From Octopus bimaculoides (lineage: Eukaryota): a stretch of 64,000 bases of DNA. The notes under the pieces were generated by a model that saw nothing but the letters and a program-made list of their open reading frames with translations, searched no databases and was not told the DNA's origin. The number at the start of each line of letters is the position of its first letter. Positions within the stretch are counted from its first letter, which is position 1. The stretch lies in NCBI RefSeq assembly GCF_001194135.2, contig NC_068981.1:100167564-100231563 (forward strand), in the 5' to 3' direction. Shown in pieces: positions 52,130-64,000 of this stretch. The position numbers and the translations under genes are program-made.

Positions 52130-52575
52130 ATAGATGTGGCTGCATGGTCAGAAGTTTGCTTCCCAACCACATGATTCCAGATTCAGTACCACTGTGTGCA
52201 TCTTCTGCAAGTGTCTTCTACTACAGCCTTTTGAGTGAATTTGATGGGACAGAAAATGAAAGAAGCACATTGTGTATACATGCATACATACATACATACA
52301 TACATACATACATACATACATGTATGTGTATATGTATGTAATTGTGTGTGTGTGTATATATATATATGTGTATATGTCTTTGTATTTGTGCTTGTCCTCA
52401 CTGCACCACTCAACAACCAATGTTGGTTTGTTTGCATCCTTGTAAGTCACAGTTTAGCAAAAGCAACCAACAGAATAAGTAACAGGTTTAAAAGATATGT
52501 ATTGGAGTGAGATTCATTTGAATAAACACCTCAAAGTGGCCACAGTCCAGTGACTAAAACAAAATAAAAAGATAA
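52130..52575 (+). mobile_element. SINE family A
   Basis: Head, internal (CATA)n/(TG)n and tail are present. Confidence 0.8.
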
Positions 52576-52791
52576 AAGACATTCATTGTTGCTGCTGTTT
52601 TATCCTAGACGTGCCTCAATTGAACAGACCTTTGATTAAATATATTCAAGCCATGCCTATCCTACCCTTTTTTAGGTATAAATGCATAAGGGATACATTA
52701 TCTAATGTGATCTTTAATTCCTGAAATACAGTGGTATGAAATTTCAGGCAAGTTTGGCTCTTATTTATAGCAGACAATGGCCTGTGGTTAA

Positions 52792-53011
52792 CCCTTTAGC
52801 ATTCACATTTTACTGTCAAATGTAATGCTTATTTATTCACATTGTTTTGAATTAATTACACATTATCTTTTAGCTTTGAGATTTTAATGATGTAATTGTT
52901 TATTTCTAGAATAATATTGTAGCGTAAGTGTGAGAGAACAGCTCTGGCCAGTATAAAAATAAAACATGTAAAATACTTTGGCCAGATATGGCCAATTTAA
53001 ATGCTAAAGGG
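52792..53011. mobile_element. piggyBac-type MITE
   Basis: TTAA|ccctttagcatt ... aatgctaaaggg|TAAA: CCC/GGG termini with a TTAA-like TSD. Confidence 0.75.
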
Positions 53012-53159
53012 TAAAGAAGTTTTCTTAATAGTTATGTGCCATGGGGTTTGATCCTGCTGAACACCACTGTGGGTAAGTATTTTCTACCAAAGTATTTTCT
53101 ACTTTTGGCCTACCAAATCCTTCTGAGTGAAATTTTGTAACAAGAAACTATATTTATAA

Positions 53160-53570
53160 ACTGGTTTCAGTCAGGTGACTGTGGTCATGCTGGGGCACTG
53201 CTTTGAAGGGTTTAGTTAAATAAAGCAAACTCCCAGTACTTATTCTTAAGCCTATGACTTATTTATCCTATCAATCTTTTTTGCTAAACTGCTAAGTTAT
53301 GGGAACATAAACAAACCAACACCAGTCAACAAGCGGTAGTGGGGGGACAAACATACACAAACACATACACACAAACACACACACACACACATACACAAAC
53401 ACACACACACAAACACGCACATATATTCAATGGACTTCCACACAATTTTCATCTACTAAAGCCACTCACAATGCATTGGTTGCCCTATAAAATAAGGTAC
53501 CATGTAGTAGGTCTGAACCCCAAACCATCTGATTGAAAAGTGAGCTTCTTAACTACACAGCTATGCCTGA
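53160..53570 (-). mobile_element. SINE family A
   Basis: Reverse-complement head and tail motifs. Confidence 0.75.
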
Positions 53571-54099
53571 ACCTATATGGCAACATCTTCTTGTTTTGGG
53601 ATGTGCAATCTAACACCGTCACCTCCTTATTGGTTGCTTTCATCAGATTCCATTTTGTTGCTAGCATTTTGACTGCATCTCCAATCTGAACAGACCTTCC
53701 TCTCTTCCTTTCATCAGTCTCATGGACTTAAAAAGTGTTATGGGAGTTGCCCTTCCTCCTCTGATTATACCAAAAAAAAAAATTAAAAAACAGTCAAACA
53801 ACCATATAGAGTCTTCTCTCTTTAATGCATTGTAATAATAGTTTCAATGCTTTATGGAGACATAGCCATGCTGATTGCAAGACTAATAATTTGTATACAT
53901 TGACTAATAATGCAGATACTCAACTCCAAATGGTCTTTTCACCCTAAACATAGAATGTAAAATATAGTTCTACTCTATAACGACAAACATATCATTACTC
54001 ATGTTTTCTTAGCTTGCAGAGGACAAATGCCTTCTGGGGTTTTGTTAGTGTCTGAAACCTGACAGATCTGTCATAATTAACTTGCTCTAGAGAGATTTT

Positions 54100-54315
54100 A
54101 CTTTCTGATTTTGGCACAAAGCCAGAAAGTTTGACAGGTGGGGTAGGCCAATAACATTGACCCTAGTATTTGACTGGTAGTTATTTTAACAACCTGAAAA
54201 GGATTAAAGGCAAAGTCAACCTCAGCGGAATCTGAACTGAGAATGTAAAGAGCTGGAAGAATTGCAACTAAGCAATTTGTCCAACATGCTAACTACTCTG
54301 CCATCACACTGCCTT
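54100..54315 (-). mobile_element. SINE family B
   Basis: Similar to other copies. Confidence 0.7.
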
Positions 54316-54878
54316 AAAAGATATTACACATAGACAGATTCCAACATACTATGAGACATCCTCATAATCAAGGCTGCCAAAATATAACCATAATATCAAA
54401 TTCCTGTGAACATCTATCACATCTCTTAGCTTCACTTAACTTGCTTCATTACCAACCTCGTGTATTTTTTGTTCATTCATTTCTTTTTTTTAAGTAACCA
54501 CTACATGAGACATCAGTTAATGCCAGTTCTTCTCTCCCAGTTTCAAACTCAATGCATATTCTAAGAGGATTATGTTGGTTTCTGGTTTCTTGTATGTTGA
54601 ACTATGTTAAGACCTCTAGATGAGAACATCATATACATTAAGTTTAAAAACAATATCATGTGCATGTGTACCCATGTGTGTGTGTGTGTGTGTGTGTTTG
54701 CATGTGTGCATTTGCAAATGTATACATATATATTGATTTCACTTGGACTTCATCACTGACAGCTCAGATAAGCAATAGAATAATTTTCACTGTACTTAAT
54801 GCTTTCTAAAAGTTTATGAACAATAACAGATAATGCAGGTACACATATAAAAACAACAAACATGAAATAAACACACAT

Positions 54879-54921
<43 letters not shown>

Positions 54922-55742
54922 GAGAGATATGTATGTGTATGGACAGACAGACAGACAGACAGACAGACAGATATAGATATATATAAAACTATTCTAATGT
55001 AAGTGTTACTTTAGAACATAGTCTACCTCACTTCCAAAGTGAAATGAAAGGAAAATGCAAAAGTGAAACAGAAACAAAGAAGTGGTTGTATTTCTGAATG
55101 TAAAATGGATAAGAAAAACAAAAATTCAACTAAAATCAAAACCATACAAAAAATGAAGTCGTGCAAAATGAAATAGCTATCATCAACAATTTTGGCAGCC
55201 TAAATTGTGAATGGTGAATATTTTGTGAATAGCTTTATTCAGCAAAAGTGCAAGGAGATAAAAAAGAAATATTCCGCATATTTTATCTTATAAATATCAC
55301 TAGAATCAAATATCTATACATTTCATTGTTGGTGTACTCCTGAGAAAATAAGCATACTAAGATGTTTTAAAAGACATCTCGATGGAGAAGTAAACAATAG
55401 TGGAAAAGGTTAAATTAGTTGACAATAATGCTCTTCACTATATTGTTGTTTCACCTGATGATATATATGTAAGTGATGACATTTCAAAAGGCAACAATGA
55501 CAAATGTGATCTTCCAGACTGCTGGACATTATAAGTGCACTTGAACATAAAGAAAGAATATCTCTGTCTAATTGTTAAGAATAGAAAGCCAGGTTGTTGT
55601 GTATGCAGTAAGGGAGATCATCTTAGATTTGAATAAACACACAGAATAGATTTGTTTCATGATTGGTGCTGAGTTCATGGAGTAGGTTTATGAGTAACAG
55701 GATTTTTACAGATGCAATAATAATAGTAATAATAATAATAAT

Positions 55743-56143
55743 ATAATCTTTAGGAGGGACAAACAAGAGTGCCTAATAATTGACATGACAGTGCCAGGAG
55801 ATCAACATATCATAAAAGAAAGAGAAAAGACTGACAAATATGGTGACATGAGAATTGAGATCACTAAGATGTAGCAGTTACGAGAGTCAAACATAAAGGT
55901 TGTCCCTATTGTCATCGGAGCATTGGGTTCAATACCACCCAACATGAAAAAGCATCTGGAAACATTAGAAATACCCTACAATCTAGGCGTATTGCAAAAA
56001 TTGGCATTACTTGGAACTGCACGCATATTGTGTAAAGTACTATCTGTCTGAGGTCCTTGTTGTGACCTGACAGTACAAACCTCTGGTAGACATAATATCT
56101 TCAATCAACAACATCACGATATTGGATACTGTGTGACGTCTTA
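55743..56143 (+). mobile_element. R4/Dong-like non-LTR retrotransposon 3' end (RLE domain plus 3' UTR)
   Basis: IIFRRDKQECLIIDMTVPGD...KEREKTDKYGDM...VVPIVIGALGSIP...LQKLALLGTARILCKVLSV*. (TAA)n on both sides. Confidence 0.88.
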
Positions 56144-56169
56144 AATAATAATAATAATAATGATAATGA

Positions 56170-56382
56170 TTTCAAATTTTGGTACAAGGCCAGGAATTTT
56201 GGGGAAGTGGGTAAATCAGTTATATCAACCCCAGTGCTCCACTAGTACTTATTTTATCGACTCTGAAGGGATGAAAGGACAAGTCAACCTTAGCGGAATT
56301 TAAACTCAAAATGTAAAGACAGACAAAACACTGCTAAGCATTTTGCCTGGAGTGCTAACAATTCTGCCAGTTCACCACCTTA
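56170..56382 (-). mobile_element. SINE family B between (TAA)n tracts
   Basis: Similar to other copies. Confidence 0.8.
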
Positions 56383-56394
56383 ATGATAATGATG

Positions 56395-56440
<46 letters not shown>

Positions 56441-56762
56441 TAATAATAATAATAAGTGAAACAAATGAAAAGTCATCAGAAATGCAGTGTATAGGTCCCT
56501 GAAAAATGTAGAAGCAAAACTAGATTGTGTTTTTAGAATTGTATATAATGTAACAGTCAATGTTAGTCTATATGTAGATATACCTCATGAGGGTGGATCA
56601 AAATTTTTCTGATTTTCTAAGATGATTTTAGGTAACTTGTATCTCCATATTATAAAATTGATTTGTTACAACTTGTCCAAGCATTGCTGAATTGTTTATT
56701 CTTTATTTTTACGTATAACATATAAACTTTAATTCTTTATTCTTTAATTTACATCTTTGATA

Positions 56763-57678
56763 ATGAATGTTAAAAAAATTGCAATTAGAGCCATTTTATT
56801 TTACCTATGGGGGAAAAGAACTGAGTGCAAGGGTAGTGGCAAAAGAAATTAATGATGTGGAAGTCTCAGGAACTGTCAACAAACATGTGGCACAAAACTG
56901 GTTCAGACATTTCAAGTAATGAGACACTAGTCACAAAGACAAACCAAGGTCAGGGAGACCTCCAGTTGTGGAAGACAAGGCCTTGCTTTAAATGACTGAA
57001 CAACATCCAAGCATGAGCACTTGTACATTGTCAACAGAACTTAGTATTTCACAAATCATCATCAATCAACACCTCCATAAGCTCGACCTTGTGAACACAT
57101 ACCGTTGAGAAGCTCATTATAAAATGACCAATGATCAGGCTTAATGATGTGTGAACATTTGCAAACAATTGCTAACAAATCTTCAAGATGCTGTTTTGTG
57201 TGTTGAATTGTAAATGGGGATGAGAAATGGATTTATTTTAGTAATCTTAACAAGAGAAATCAGTGACTTTGTTCTGACCAGACTTCAGTACCTGTTGTTA
57301 AACAAGGGCTGTTTGAACAGAAGGTCATGTTGTATTTGATGGTGGGTGCTGCACTTTGAACTTATCCCAGATGGTTGTACCATGAACACTAACCTTTATG
57401 CTCAATCAAAGACATGTACTCCTACAGCATAACAATACACCAAGACACACTGCCAATGTGACCAAGCATGCCTACAGTTCTGACCTTGTGTCATTTGATT
57501 ACTGCTTTTTCTGTGCCATGGTTCATTTCCTGCATTCAACAACGTGGATGAGGTTGAAAACAGGTGTAGGGAGTTTTTTGCTTCTAAATCATCCAAATGG
57601 TATAAGCATGGAATTGAGCTTCTGGCACAACAATGGCAATAGACAATAGCATACGATAGGATGGATTTTGATGAATAA
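56763..57678 (+). pseudogene. mariner transposase pseudogene (element ~56586-57755)
   Basis: MNVKKIAIRAILFYL...QNWFRHFK...PRSGRP...IVNGDEKWIYF...LQHNNTPRH...YSSDLVSFDYCFF. Multiple stops and frameshifts. Confidence 0.88.
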
Positions 57679-57769
57679 GTGCTTTTCATATGTAATTTGT
57701 TGGAACTATTAATAAAAGCTTGAAATACGAAAAAATGTTTGACTCAACATGGTTTTATACTCAGATTAT

Positions 57770-57980
57770 ACTAAAGCAGCAAGCTAGTAGAACCGTTAGC
57801 ACACTGGGAAAAATGCTTTGCGGCCAATTCTTCTGGCTTTATGTTCTGAGTTCAAATTTCACCACGGTCAACTTTGCTGTTGATGTTTTCTGGGTTCTAT
57901 AAAATAAGTACTTGTCAAGTAATGGGGTCAGTGAAATCAACAAGCCTTCTTCCCACCAAATTTCAGGCCTTGTGCCCTGC
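57770..57980 (+). mobile_element. SINE family B
   Basis: Similar to other copies. Confidence 0.7.
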
Positions 57981-59529
57981 TGATATTAGGAATACACTAA
58001 GAAAGAAACAACCTTAAATTTGGCTACATGCTTCACTTTCATAAGTCATGTACAGATATTACACACCACATGGGGAATGAAATGCAAAAGACAGAGGTCA
58101 TCACCAACATCATCATTTAAAATCTGTTTTTCATTCTGGCGTGGTGAAAAACATAATTTCCAAAGAATTTAAAACTGATTGATGAATCTATTGTTATGAA
58201 AAGCAAGACTTATATTAGCAGAGTTTATTTATTCATTCATTTTTTTGTGGAAATTTGAGAGTAGCAGTTAGTGGATTTCCCCACCTTGGATCTTTCTATT
58301 TTGATTTAGAATACTTATAAATTGATACAAATGTGATAGTTGTTTTCAATGCAGTACTTAAAAGAAAATGTGATATCAATATCACTTACAACTGGTAGAT
58401 CATCAGTAACATTGGGAAGAAAATCAAGGGTTTTAAGAAACTATCGCTCAAGAGTTTTCCTAATACAGTCAATCTAAGTTTGTTACTAGTATACTGCAAT
58501 AGCAGCAAGCTTGGATTTAGTGTAGGTGAGATTTTTAAATGAAGGTGAAAATTTGAACCATTTTCGGGTATTTTGAAATAAAATGCATTCTTTATATTGA
58601 AGGTATTCAAAGAACCAAGATGAATGAATTGCATGCACTGAGAACCTTCTCTCTCAAATGTTGAAAATTGATCATGTTTTTCAGCATGATATAGGCTGAT
58701 TCCTCAACTGAACTAACTGTAAAAGCATTATGGCAATCTTATAATGTTATTTAGAGGTATTTGGGAAGAATAAGCAGTAGGACTTCATGATTTTGTACAG
58801 AAAAAGCAATGTATGATGAGCTTTTGTAACTAATTTTGGATAGTTTTGTAGAGATGTTAAAATTGTTACTTTAACTACAGAACCAATATTGTATACTTAG
58901 TAAAGCACAAGAAAAAAAATTTAACAAACTATTATTTTTTTTATTGTCAAATAGTGACATATACATCTCATCTAACTAATGGGATGAACATGAGGGATAG
59001 TTAAGTCCCTATAATACAGATAATAGTTTTTGTGAAATTTCATAAATAAATAAAATCCAGGCAGCTTGAATTTGCAACTTTTAACAATAAATGTTAAAAA
59101 GGGTTAGATGAAATATTTAGATAACACTCTTCCAAAATATTCGCTTTTGACAATAATGATATGCAAGAAAAACTAAAAATGACAAAAGAGCCTTGCTTAA
59201 AGAGCTTATGGAGAAGGCTACTTGACTGATTTGAATTCAGTCATAATGGACACATACCAGCATCTGCTCACAGGCATTCTGTCTCTTCTCGTGCTACTAT
59301 AATGGCCTTTATTTCTTGGAGCTAGCTGGTCCCTTACCTCTATCTCTCAGGCACTCCTATCCAACTCATCTAACAGCTTCTCCTCACTCTTGACATGTTC
59401 AAATACTTTGGCCTTTCACAAACCATTATGTCTAGTCCTGAGCAACCCAGACAGGCATGGAAAATGAGAGTAAAATGATTGTAATGCAGATGATATTTAT
59501 GCTTGTGTGAATGTGTATATATGAATATA

Positions 59530-59750
59530 TCTCATCATTTAACATCCTTTTTCCATGCTGGCAAGAGTTGGACAGTTCCTCAGGAACTGGCAAGTCAGAA
59601 GACTGCACCAATCCTTACAGGCTGCTTTAGCATGGTTTCTACAACTGGATAACCTTCCTAACACCAAACACTTTACAGTGTATTGGATGCTTTTTACATG
59701 GTACCAGTAGTAGTGAGATCACCAAATAATTTGCAAGACAAGACCCTTCA
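59530..59750 (-). mobile_element. RTE-tail SINE-like repeat, older copy
   Basis: tcatcatttaacatcc..ttccatgctgg...ctggataaccttcctaacacc. Confidence 0.65.
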
Positions 59751-60199
59751 ACTGAGGTGGGGAGTAGTATTGAGGGACAGAAAAAAAAAGTTTTGCTTTA
59801 GAGGGGAAACATGACTGTCTCAGGTGGGGAAAGAGTGGAGAGAGAGAGAGGAAAGTGAGAAAGAGGAGAAAGAGAAGATGGTAAAGATGTGATGGGGAAG
59901 GGTTTGGGGTGAGTGGACCAAAGATTAGAGAGGGTGAGTGGGAGAGTTCATGAGATTGGGAAAGGAGAATGGTAGATGTAGATTGGGGTGTAACGAGTGA
60001 GAACAGGTAAAGGGATGGGGTTTTGTGAGGATATGTTATAAGGAAGAGTTTCAATAAGGACAAATTATGTGCAGGTAGGTACATGAGGGAGAATGGAGAG
60101 GAATACAGCAGGTGATGAGCATGGGTGGGGGAATGGAGTATTAGAAAGATTGGCTGTGGGGAAGGTTTATTGGGAGACCAAATGTGTACCAGAGGGCAG

Positions 60200-60850
60200 A
60201 AATGTCATAGGTATAAAGGAAATGCCTTTGTTATCTCCTCTGTGAAGCTCAAATCTGAAGATCGTTTCTCACTATTTCATCCTATGTCTTCCAGAGGTTC
60301 CCCTCAACATTTAGAGATTGCTACTTCTTTATGCAGCTGTCCTCATTCATACACATCACCTGACCATACAAATGCAGTCTTCTCTCTTGTATACTACATC
60401 TGATACCTTTTGTTCTCAATTTTTCTCTTTAAATATACTTTATCATATCAGCACCCAGACATTGCACATCCAGCAGAGCATGCTGGCTTCATTTCTTTTC
60501 AAGCTCTTGCATATCGGCTTCATTTCCCAAGCCTGAAACTCATTGTCAACTTCTAGTTGAGATTAAGTTATAAGGTCATCAGCATAGAGAACTCTCAAGA
60601 GCAACCAGTCTTATGGAAGACTATGATAAACAAGAGAGAGATGAGAACTGATTCTTGGTGATCTCCTACCTGCACTCTAAATTTGGCACTATACTCATTT
60701 CACCTTACTGACAGCATAACCTGTATATATCTTAGCTTGCTCTCACCAGTCACTCATCTACCCTTAGTTTCTGTAGCAACTACAAGATAAGGGAGTGAGG
60801 AACTCAGTCAAAGGCTTTCTCCATATTTACAAATGCCAAACACAGCAATT
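60200..60850 (-). mobile_element. RTE-clade LINE reverse transcriptase remnant
   Basis: The minus strand reads LAFVNMEKAFD*VPH, RVQVGDHQESVLISLLF and LYADDL. Confidence 0.85.
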
Positions 60851-62779
60851 AATTTTTGCTAAATTCTTCTCTTACACAAAACCAAACTGAATCTCATCCA
60901 TGTTACCTCTCAAGAGCTGTGGCCATGCTGGGTCACCACCTTTATGTAATATGTGTGAGTGCCTGTGTGTATGCGCGTGTATGTGTATCATCTTCATCAT
61001 CATTTAATGACCGTTGTCCATACTGGCATAGGTTGGACAGTTTAACCAGAGCTGGTAAACTGAGGGGCTGCACCAGACTGTATATATATAGTGGTGACCC
61101 AGCATGGTTGCAGCTCTTGAGAAGAAACTAGCAAAAGGATAAAAGAATGAAGAAAGCAAACCAAAAACTGATTGATGGTAGCAACATTTCTTTTAGTTGA
61201 ACTACCATGCCCTAATATCTATCAAATATTTCATCCTCATTTGAGTGTTTTGGAATATAAACCTTCTTTAGGGAAGAGGTGTGTGTTATGTTTTACAGTA
61301 CATAAATTTAGTGTTGTTACAAATAACATAATTTGTATAATTGTATTTAGATTATCCATTACTGTCTCTTTATAACTGATCTGCTATCGCTAATGCTATT
61401 ATTGTTTATTATTTCTTCCTTCTGAGCATGTTTGATTGAGAAGAATAATGTAAAACAGACACAAGGAGTACCTTTGTATATATTTATATTTCTGTTCTAT
61501 TAATGGCAGGACAGTCTGCAATTATGCTACACTAGGCAGACAATTTTTCTATGATTTTGGTAATGTATTATCTATGAAATCGTATAAATTGAAAAGCATG
61601 GCCAAACAATGCCTTATAGTCTTCATCATTAATGGTTCAATTTGACTGTTGCAATATTTTATTCTTATTGTCCTTTTCTGGAAGGGTTTTCTTCTTTTTC
61701 TTTTTTTCTTTTTAACAATTTTCTTGCATTTCCTCAAGTTATAATACTATAATTTAGATGTTAGACAATGTGAAAATAGAAGCATATAAGTAATTTGGCA
61801 AGAAGTTATGGTATATCATAGTGTTTACAAATAAAATTTGAAAAGTGTAAGAGATAAAAATACAAAAATATTTTCAAAAATTAAGCTTTTGTTTAGTTGA
61901 ATTAAATCTATACTGATTTCCTGCAGAAGCTCAAGACTTTAGATTTAGGAATAAAAAAATTGACAGGATTTAACCGTATAACATTTATGCCCTTTCTTCT
62001 GTTAGTGACATGAATGTATGGCAAGGATCTCTTATAGATGCCAGTCGTCAAAGGTCAGAAGGTGATGAGAAATAAGTCTGTAAACGAATCAGGAACAACA
62101 TAAAACAACATAAAAATAGTAAGCACAGTAAACAAGATATTAATTTTATGCTATAAGGAAGAAATAACAGAGTGTGTTTGATGTTTTGGACATTACTTCT
62201 ATGAGAGAGAAAGACAAAAACATTTTGAAAAGAAAAAATCTGTTTTGATTAATGTCTCAAAGTGGAAAGACAGAAGTGGTGGAAGAAGAAAGAGAGAGTC
62301 TTGGTTAGGAAAGTAAATGAGATGTTATTGAACAGAGATAGTAGCGAGTATGGTATGGTGTCTGTATGCATATGTGCATACATCCTTATTATGAGTAGGT
62401 GTAGTGAATTCATGAATGTTTGAAGGCTGTGAATATGTGTGTGGGATGTGTATGGTTGTGCAGTTGGTAACACTTTAAGTGTATGTGCAGGGAAGTATAA
62501 GTATTGTGTAGGTGGTGGTATTTTATATGTGAGTATGTGGGTGAAGAGGTATATGTAGATATACATAACTAGAGAGAGGCAAGCCTGTTATTTAAACTAT
62601 GTTGATATACCATACCTCGGTGAAAAATTAATACATGTTCACATTGCAGACAGGACATGAAAGAACTATGGTGTAAGAAAGTGGTTCTGTAAAGGTAGTA
62701 CTGGGGTTGTCCATGAACTAAATTCAAAATCTCGTATATATATATATATATATATAAGGATGACAATACCACAAATAGA

Positions 62780-63030
62780 GAAGAAGAATCATATGAATTG
62801 AAGTAGCTGGCCACAGGTTATCCGACACTGTTTGGTTAGATATCTTGAAGATGTTTGTTAAATTTATCAGTTAATCTTCAACCAATCTAACTTACATATA
62901 GTTAGCCACATAATCTGCATTTTATACAACAGCTAGTGTTCATAGTGATAGAAAGGAATTAGTCAGTAATATAGCAGTAGAAGGTTAGTGCAGATCCTGT
63001 TAGTGTGGTGGTGTTAACAATAAAGGGTCA
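62780..63030 (-). mobile_element. Penelope-like GIY-YIG endonuclease remnant
   Basis: *PFIVNTTTLTG...CCIKCRLCG*LYVS*IG*RLTDKFNKHLQDI...PVASYFNS. This fits the PLE pattern CPFI..TT..G...YCI.C..C..LYIGETGR.L..RF.EHL..I...PVA.HFN. Confidence 0.75.
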
Positions 63031-63524
63031 AATATATTAACCAGGGTGGGAACAGACAAACAATCCAAGTTCTATGTGTGGAAGGGGAGAAGAACTGCAA
63101 ACTAACTATTACATAGATTATAGGCATGCTGGAAGGTGGGGGAAGAGATAGGAAGTAGTTGGGCCAGATTGGTGGAGACTGCAGTACCACAAGATGGTGC
63201 ATATGAGAAATATGAAACTGTGATGGTAGGTAAGGGGAAATGACAGAAACACAAGGCATGAAAAGAAAAGAAACACACAGCACGACAAGAGAATTACAAT
63301 CAACATCATAAATATGGAACTAAGCTGTGGTTCACCATTTGGATAGAACATCAGTCTACCATGGATATATTTCTTGAGAAGTTCTTGTACCTATGTGAAA
63401 TATTTGCATTGGATTTGGACTTACAAAATATCAGCTTGTGGTCCTATATCATACCATTATATTAAACTGATCGACATCAAATATTTTATAAATAATATAT
63501 ATATATATATATATATATATGCAT

Positions 63525-64000
63525 ATATACAGGACGTCACCACCACTAAACAACATGAAATATGAAAACAAATGAGTTAAATACACAAACAACAAGAGAA
63601 ACAAATGAAAACTGGACAAGTAACACAAAGAATGACCCCTCATCAGTTGTCAGCTGTCTATCTACTCATTTCAAGCACTGAACGACAATATGAATCTTCG
63701 AAGACAGTTGCTCCCATAAGTATCAAAATAAAATTTGAGATTTATGGAGGGTCAAAGTTGGGAACAAAAACATGGCAGTGAAGATATACAAGGAAACCAA
63801 AACGAAAACAAACATGGAGGGTCATTAGACCAGAATGAGGGTAAAATAGCGAACACTGGAGAAATATTTTCTTTGACAAGAGAAAAGATAGAAGAGAGAA
63901 ATAGGATACATCCAGTCCTTAGGACAGTCCTGAGAGAAAAGAAAGATGATCATGTGAGGAAAAGAAAAATGGATGATGGTCATCCATCTGTATCTGACTT
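63525..64000 (-). repeat. Interspersed repeat, possibly a Penelope terminal region
   Basis: Near the GIY-YIG remnant on the same strand and contains CTGATGA without a GAAA partner. Weak support. Confidence 0.3.

Noticed and set aside
63620-63660. Minus-strand CTGATGA (63640-63646)
   Set aside because: No downstream GAAA or stem III.

Overview
AT-rich eukaryotic genomic DNA, essentially all transposon debris and microsatellites, with five N-gaps. The SINE families look like those I recall from cephalopods, most likely Octopus; this is an inference from memory, not a database match. I found no convincing host protein-coding exon, rRNA, true tRNA or CRISPR array. Almost all supplied ORFs are N-gap or microsatellite artefacts, or pieces of dead transposons. 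DNA transposon remnants are Tc1 (DD34E), maT (DD37D), mariner, pogo/Tigger, hAT- and piggyBac-type MITEs, and a young Merlin-like insertion with perfect 37-bp TIRs and an 8-bp TSD. Retroelement remnants are RTE and Jockey/I-like LINEs, R4/Dong-like elements in (TAA)n tracts, a CRE-like fragment, Penelope-like (PLE) RT and GIY-YIG fragments, and many SINEs. The most notable signal is four minimal type I hammerhead ribozyme motifs with palindromic stem III (2240-2317 -, 6807-6845 -, 7549-7591 -, 34017-34061 +). They lie in PLE pseudo-LTR-like or retrozyme-like units: one in a ~339-bp tandem arrangement and one in a divergent pair that breaks almost at the predicted cleavage site. The window also has many long hairpins and foldbacks. 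Boundaries of degenerate repeats are approximate.
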